Part shown: positions 60,604 to 64,000 of the stretch, piece by piece
How the letters are laid out: every line of letters begins with the position of its first letter
Numbering within the stretch: the stretch's first letter is position 1
NCBI GenBank assembly: GCA_036268455.1
Contig: DATAUD010000026.1
Coordinates: forward strand, 12,407-76,406
Direction of reading: 5' to 3'
Source: Verrucomicrobiia bacterium
Lineage (GTDB): Bacteria; Verrucomicrobiota; Verrucomicrobiia; Limisphaerales; Palsa-1400
DNA: 64,000 bases
The notes under the pieces: model-generated
Told to the model about the DNA's origin: nothing
Databases searched by the model: none
What the model saw: the letters and a program-made list of their open reading frames with translations, nothing else
Position numbers and translations under genes: made by a program

Positions 60604-61383
60604 TCAACCGCCCTCCGGCCAACTGATCAGATCAGCCTGGAGGCGGCGCAAGTCCTGCAAATCGGCGGCGCTGGAGACGGGTTGGCCCAAGGTTTGCATG
60701 GGCTTTGGGCAGCGCCATTGCCAGTGTTCGCAGTGACCATCACAAAAGGAGAGGTTCATGCCCTGATCGTGGCGGTCGGAAGGGGCGTTCTGCCAGGTCT
60801 CGGCGGGGGCGAGAAAAAGGAGGTAAACGCCGTCCTCAATGGTGTAGGGGTTTTCGTCCAAAAACGCGAAGACCGACGCGGGGACGGTGACATCGGTATA
60901 ACGAGTAACGGCGCTGGACAAAGCGCCGTCGGGGAGGTTGTCGGTGTAATTCGTGTCAAGCCCGCCGTTGAGATAAAAATTCACCGAGTAGCTGCGGTTG
61001 CGTAGGACGCCATTGGTAACGGTGGAGGTGTCTGAAGGGCAATGGTAAACGCCGGGCGCGCTGACGTAAGGGTAGATCGTGCCGTGCTTGATGTAGGATA
61101 AATCGGCGGAGTAAGTGGCATCGCCGACCACCCATGAATTTGTGGTGCTGGCGTTGTAGGAATAGCTGGTTTGTTGCTGGTCGTTGAGGGGCATGGTGTT
61201 GTTGAAATCGTCAACGTACATGAGCCAGCCAGTTTGCAATTGGCGCTGGTTGTTGAGGCAGGAAGTTTGCCGGCCACTGCCTTTAGCCCTGGAGAGCGAA
61301 GGCAAAAGCATCGCGGCCAGGATGGCAATAATGGCAATGACTACCAAAAGCTCAATGAGCGTGAAAGCGCGCGACGTTTGCAT
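60604..61383 (-). CDS. prepilin-type N-terminal cleavage/methylation protein, H-X9-DG (DUF1559-like) family
   Basis: [26 protein letters not shown] and a C-terminal [11 protein letters not shown] used ATG 61383. Confidence 0.8.
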   Translation of the reverse strand: MQTSRAFTLIELLVVIAIIAILAAMLLPSLSRAKGSGRQTSCLNNQRQLQTGWLMYVDDFNNTMPLNDQQQTSYSYNASTTNSWVVGDATYSADLSYIKHGTIYPYVSAPGVYHCPSDTSTVTNGVLRNRSYSVNFYLNGGLDTNYTDNLPDGALSSAVTRYTDVTVPASVFAFLDENPYTIEDGVYLLFLAPAETWQNAPSDRHDQGMNLSFCDGHCEHWQWRCPKPMQTLGQPVSSAADLQDLRRLQADLISWPEGG

Positions 61384-61427
61384 CCGTAACAACAGACACC
61401 GGCAACCGGGAGTTTTGTATGCGCGGC

Positions 61428-62525
61428 TCATTGGCTTCTTTCAAAAGAAAGCCGGTACGATTCGCCGACTTCACTCCATTTGCCGGTAAGTTTCCCATCG
61501 GCGAGTTTTCCATCGAAGACGACTTTCTGCGCTTTCCATTCAACGCGCACATTGGGCAAATCATGTCGAAAATCGGTCGCGACAATAGGATCGTCCGTCC
61601 CGATGGATAAGGGGTTGGCGAACGCCGCCGAGTAAGTGCCATCCGCCAACCTGGCGATATCCAAATCCCGCGGCTGGTGTGTCAGTTCGTCCATTTTCAT
61701 CGGCAAACTGGCTTTCCAATGTCCCTGCAACTCCGCCGGCGAAACGAACGAATAGTCGCTCTCCGCGAGTGACTGTTCGGGTGGGTGATCGGTGCGTTTG
61801 AAAGTGATCATGTTAGTGCCGCCAAAAGAACCGACGATTTCCGTGCCGGCTTCGTTGAGTTTGCATTTGAATGCGCCCCGGCCGTTCATGAGCTTGAGTA
61901 TTGTGGCGGGAGGCTTGGAAATCACTTCAGCGGCCCAATGGCTTGCGCCAATTCCGGGAAGGTCGAGTTCAGCGCGGCGATTGCCATCCACCGGGTCGGT
62001 TATTTTCCAAATCAGAGGAAAATCCGGGTTGCCGCCTGTCCAGCAACCTTGCAGACCGGAACCGGCGCGCGGGGTGAATTCATTTTCGGTCAACCAGTCT
62101 GGGGCGGTGTCGGGAGATTTGGTGCGTTCCAATATCATGACGTTGGTTCCACTGCCGATTGTCATTATGGTCCCTTCGGCATTGATGGTTGCTTTGCGTA
62201 TTCCCCACGGTTCCTCATCAAAGCGCACATTTGGAAAATCATAGGTAACTTTGCGAATCACGTTGCGCCAGGCGTCTTTACGCTCCAAATCAATGTAATC
62301 CCAAGTGGTGCTGTACACACCGTTGGTTTTAAGAAGTTTCAGGACGACACGCGAACGCTTTATGAGGCGTCCTTGATAGCCGCGCGTTCCGAAATCAGTT
62401 CCTTCCCATGCGCCTTGGATATCCGGAGGCGCGGGGCGCGCGGCGTGAAACATGCGAACGGCCACAATCGCAACGACGACGGCGGCGCACACCACAACGG
62501 CCATTTTTCCCTTAGTCCATGCCAT
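61428..62525 (-). CDS. membrane-anchored hypothetical protein with three ~110-aa internal repeats
   Basis: An N-terminal TM helix is followed by modules starting [14 protein letters not shown] and LQGHWKA, each ending ...F.R. Confidence 0.6.
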   Translation of the reverse strand: MAWTKGKMAVVVCAAVVVAIVAVRMFHAARPAPPDIQGAWEGTDFGTRGYQGRLIKRSRVVLKLLKTNGVYSTTWDYIDLERKDAWRNVIRKVTYDFPNVRFDEEPWGIRKATINAEGTIMTIGSGTNVMILERTKSPDTAPDWLTENEFTPRAGSGLQGCWTGGNPDFPLIWKITDPVDGNRRAELDLPGIGASHWAAEVISKPPATILKLMNGRGAFKCKLNEAGTEIVGSFGGTNMITFKRTDHPPEQSLAESDYSFVSPAELQGHWKASLPMKMDELTHQPRDLDIARLADGTYSAAFANPLSIGTDDPIVATDFRHDLPNVRVEWKAQKVVFDGKLADGKLTGKWSEVGESYRLSFERSQ

Positions 62526-62578
62526 GGGGAATTATTGACAATACCGGCGCCGGTTTGTCACGGCAATTGCAACTGCTC

Positions 62579-64000
62579 CTACTGCATCTGGAGCGTAAAG
62601 AACTCCTGCGGCGAGTTGGTGGTGGCGACGGACAAACTAAAGTCGCCGCTTCCATCAAAGGTGTTGGTCAGCACAGGGACCCAGCCGGGAAGCGGCATGG
62701 CCACATTAGTGCTTTCCAACAAGACAAATGACTCGTTGGGGATTCCGTTGCTGCCCTGAATCAAGAGCGTTGTCCCGGATAAACTGACACCGGTGATACG
62801 GGGCGAGGGCGGAACAGTTGCCGCAACCACTGAAATGGAGCCGTTCAACGCCAGATTGTTCGTGTTCCATGACAGGCCGAACGCCGGATAGTTGGGGCGC
62901 GGGCCGACGCTTGCAAAGGCGCCGCTGTAACCGCCGGGGGCGTTAAACAAGGTGAAAGTGTCTCCGGCGGCAAGGGAACCCGAAAGATTTGTCAAAACTA
63001 ATGCGCCTCCATAGACAAGGCTGCCGGTCACAGAAAGCTCGTCGTTGGCCAGACCGCCTTTATTAAGCTTCATTATTGTGACGCCGTCCAAAATATTGGT
63101 GTCGTCGAAACCGGTAATGGTCAGCACGCCGGTGGTCGAAGGAGTGCCAGGGGCCACGGTTGAGCCGCTGACGCTTTCCACCAAACCGGTGACGACGCCG
63201 GAGCCGCTTAAGGTTTGTCCCGGAAGTAACGTAAGTGTCGGGTTGTCATTGGTGTTGAGGTAGGAGCTGGTGGTCAGGTCGAGGGCTGAATTTGCGGCGA
63301 GTTCGATGTCGGCCTGGTTGGAAATGGAGCCGACACCCGTCAAGGCGAGTGTTCCGGCGTTGATCAGGGTGTTGCCGGTGTAACTATTATTGCTTGACAA
63401 CATCAGGGTGCCGAGGCCGGTTTTCACGAGCGTCCCCGCGCCGCCGATCGGGCCTTCGAAATTGAGGACTCCGGTGGCCAGCGGGACATCGAATTGGCAG
63501 TTTGTGCCGCTGAGTTGGGCGGTGTAGCCCGAAATGAGGTTTAGAGTGGATGTGCCGCCCGCGCCATTACGCAGCGTTCCGCCGTCGCTGACGGAAAGCT
63601 TATCGATATTCTCATTTTTGCCGTTCAGGTCCATTACGCCACCGGCCAACGAGACGGGCACCGGAGTGCTGGGGGTATCGGAATGAATCTGGAAACCGTT
63701 AAAATCAACGACAAGGCCGTTGGATTGAACAGTCAAACCATTATTGCCCACCCCAATGGCCTGGCCGGATCTGTCGAAGTCAACTTCGCCGGAATTGACA
63801 ACCAACTGGAGTTCGTTGGCGGAAGTTGCGCCGCCGGCCATGACCCAGACGCCGTTGCCGGTCTTGGTGATAACGTTGTTGCCCGAGCTAATATTTCCCT
63901 CCGAATAAAAAGTGTTGGTGACGACGTTGACCGTTACCGGTCCGGAAGAATCAACAATAGTGCCGGTGCCAAGGTCCAAGTTGGTCGTTCCGAGGAAGCT
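62579..64000 (-). CDS. autotransporter-associated beta-strand repeat protein, 3' part (open at window edge)
   Basis: Repeated G(T/S)L.L.G.N.YTG.T.I..G blocks (e.g. GTLMLSSNNSYTGNTLINAGTLALTG). The frame has no stop upstream of the TTG at 63979 up to position 64000. Confidence 0.75.
   Translation of the reverse strand, partial: SFLGTTNLDLGTGTIVDSSGPVTVNVVTNTFYSEGNISSGNNVITKTGNGVWVMAGGATSANELQLVVNSGEVDFDRSGQAIGVGNNGLTVQSNGLVVDFNGFQIHSDTPSTPVPVSLAGGVMDLNGKNENIDKLSVSDGGTLRNGAGGTSTLNLISGYTAQLSGTNCQFDVPLATGVLNFEGPIGGAGTLVKTGLGTLMLSSNNSYTGNTLINAGTLALTGVGSISNQADIELAANSALDLTTSSYLNTNDNPTLTLLPGQTLSGSGVVTGLVESVSGSTVAPGTPSTTGVLTITGFDDTNILDGVTIMKLNKGGLANDELSVTGSLVYGGALVLTNLSGSLAAGDTFTLFNAPGGYSGAFASVGPRPNYPAFGLSWNTNNLALNGSISVVAATVPPSPRITGVSLSGTTLLIQGSNGIPNESFVLLESTNVAMPLPGWVPVLTNTFDGSGDFSLSVATTNSPQEFFTLQMQ

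Noticed and set aside
61785-62759. 324-aa plus-strand ORF opposite the triple-repeat membrane protein.
   Set aside because: It is a shadow frame. The minus-strand protein has a TM anchor and a clear internal repeat structure.

Overview
This is a 64-kb chromosomal segment with high GC. Several families point to a Verrucomicrobiota/PVC-type bacterium, but that is an inference with no database search behind it: an H-X9-DG prepilin-like protein, an autotransporter-associated beta-strand repeat protein, giant Ig/InlB-B-repeat secreted proteins and PVC-style conserved hypotheticals. I support about 55 protein genes, and most are housekeeping. They include thiC behind a TPP riboswitch, gltBD, clpB, lon, hsp20, an Hsp70 paralog, leuS, lipA, msrA, zwf plus glucokinase plus a class I aldolase, ubiX, rdgB, yacG and ppnP. 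There is also a run of three receiver/histidine-kinase hybrid genes. I saw no rRNA, tRNA or CRISPR array. The one clear accessory region is about 12.2-16.7 kb. It holds a roughly 3.1-kb, visibly AT-richer IS1595-family element (13331-16467) bounded by perfect 26-bp inverted repeats. Besides an intact transposase, the element carries a tightly coupled three-gene passenger operon of unknown function. One passenger has a papain-like Cys/His signature. I think this operon is the best candidate for an undescribed system (toxin/immunity or defence-like cargo on a transporter IS). The element abuts a frameshifted gene whose stop codon lies inside the IS end. Where the ORF track begins at TTG/GTG or overlaps a neighbouring gene, I moved starts to the first plausible ATG or signal peptide. 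All family calls come from motif recognition by eye and need database confirmation.
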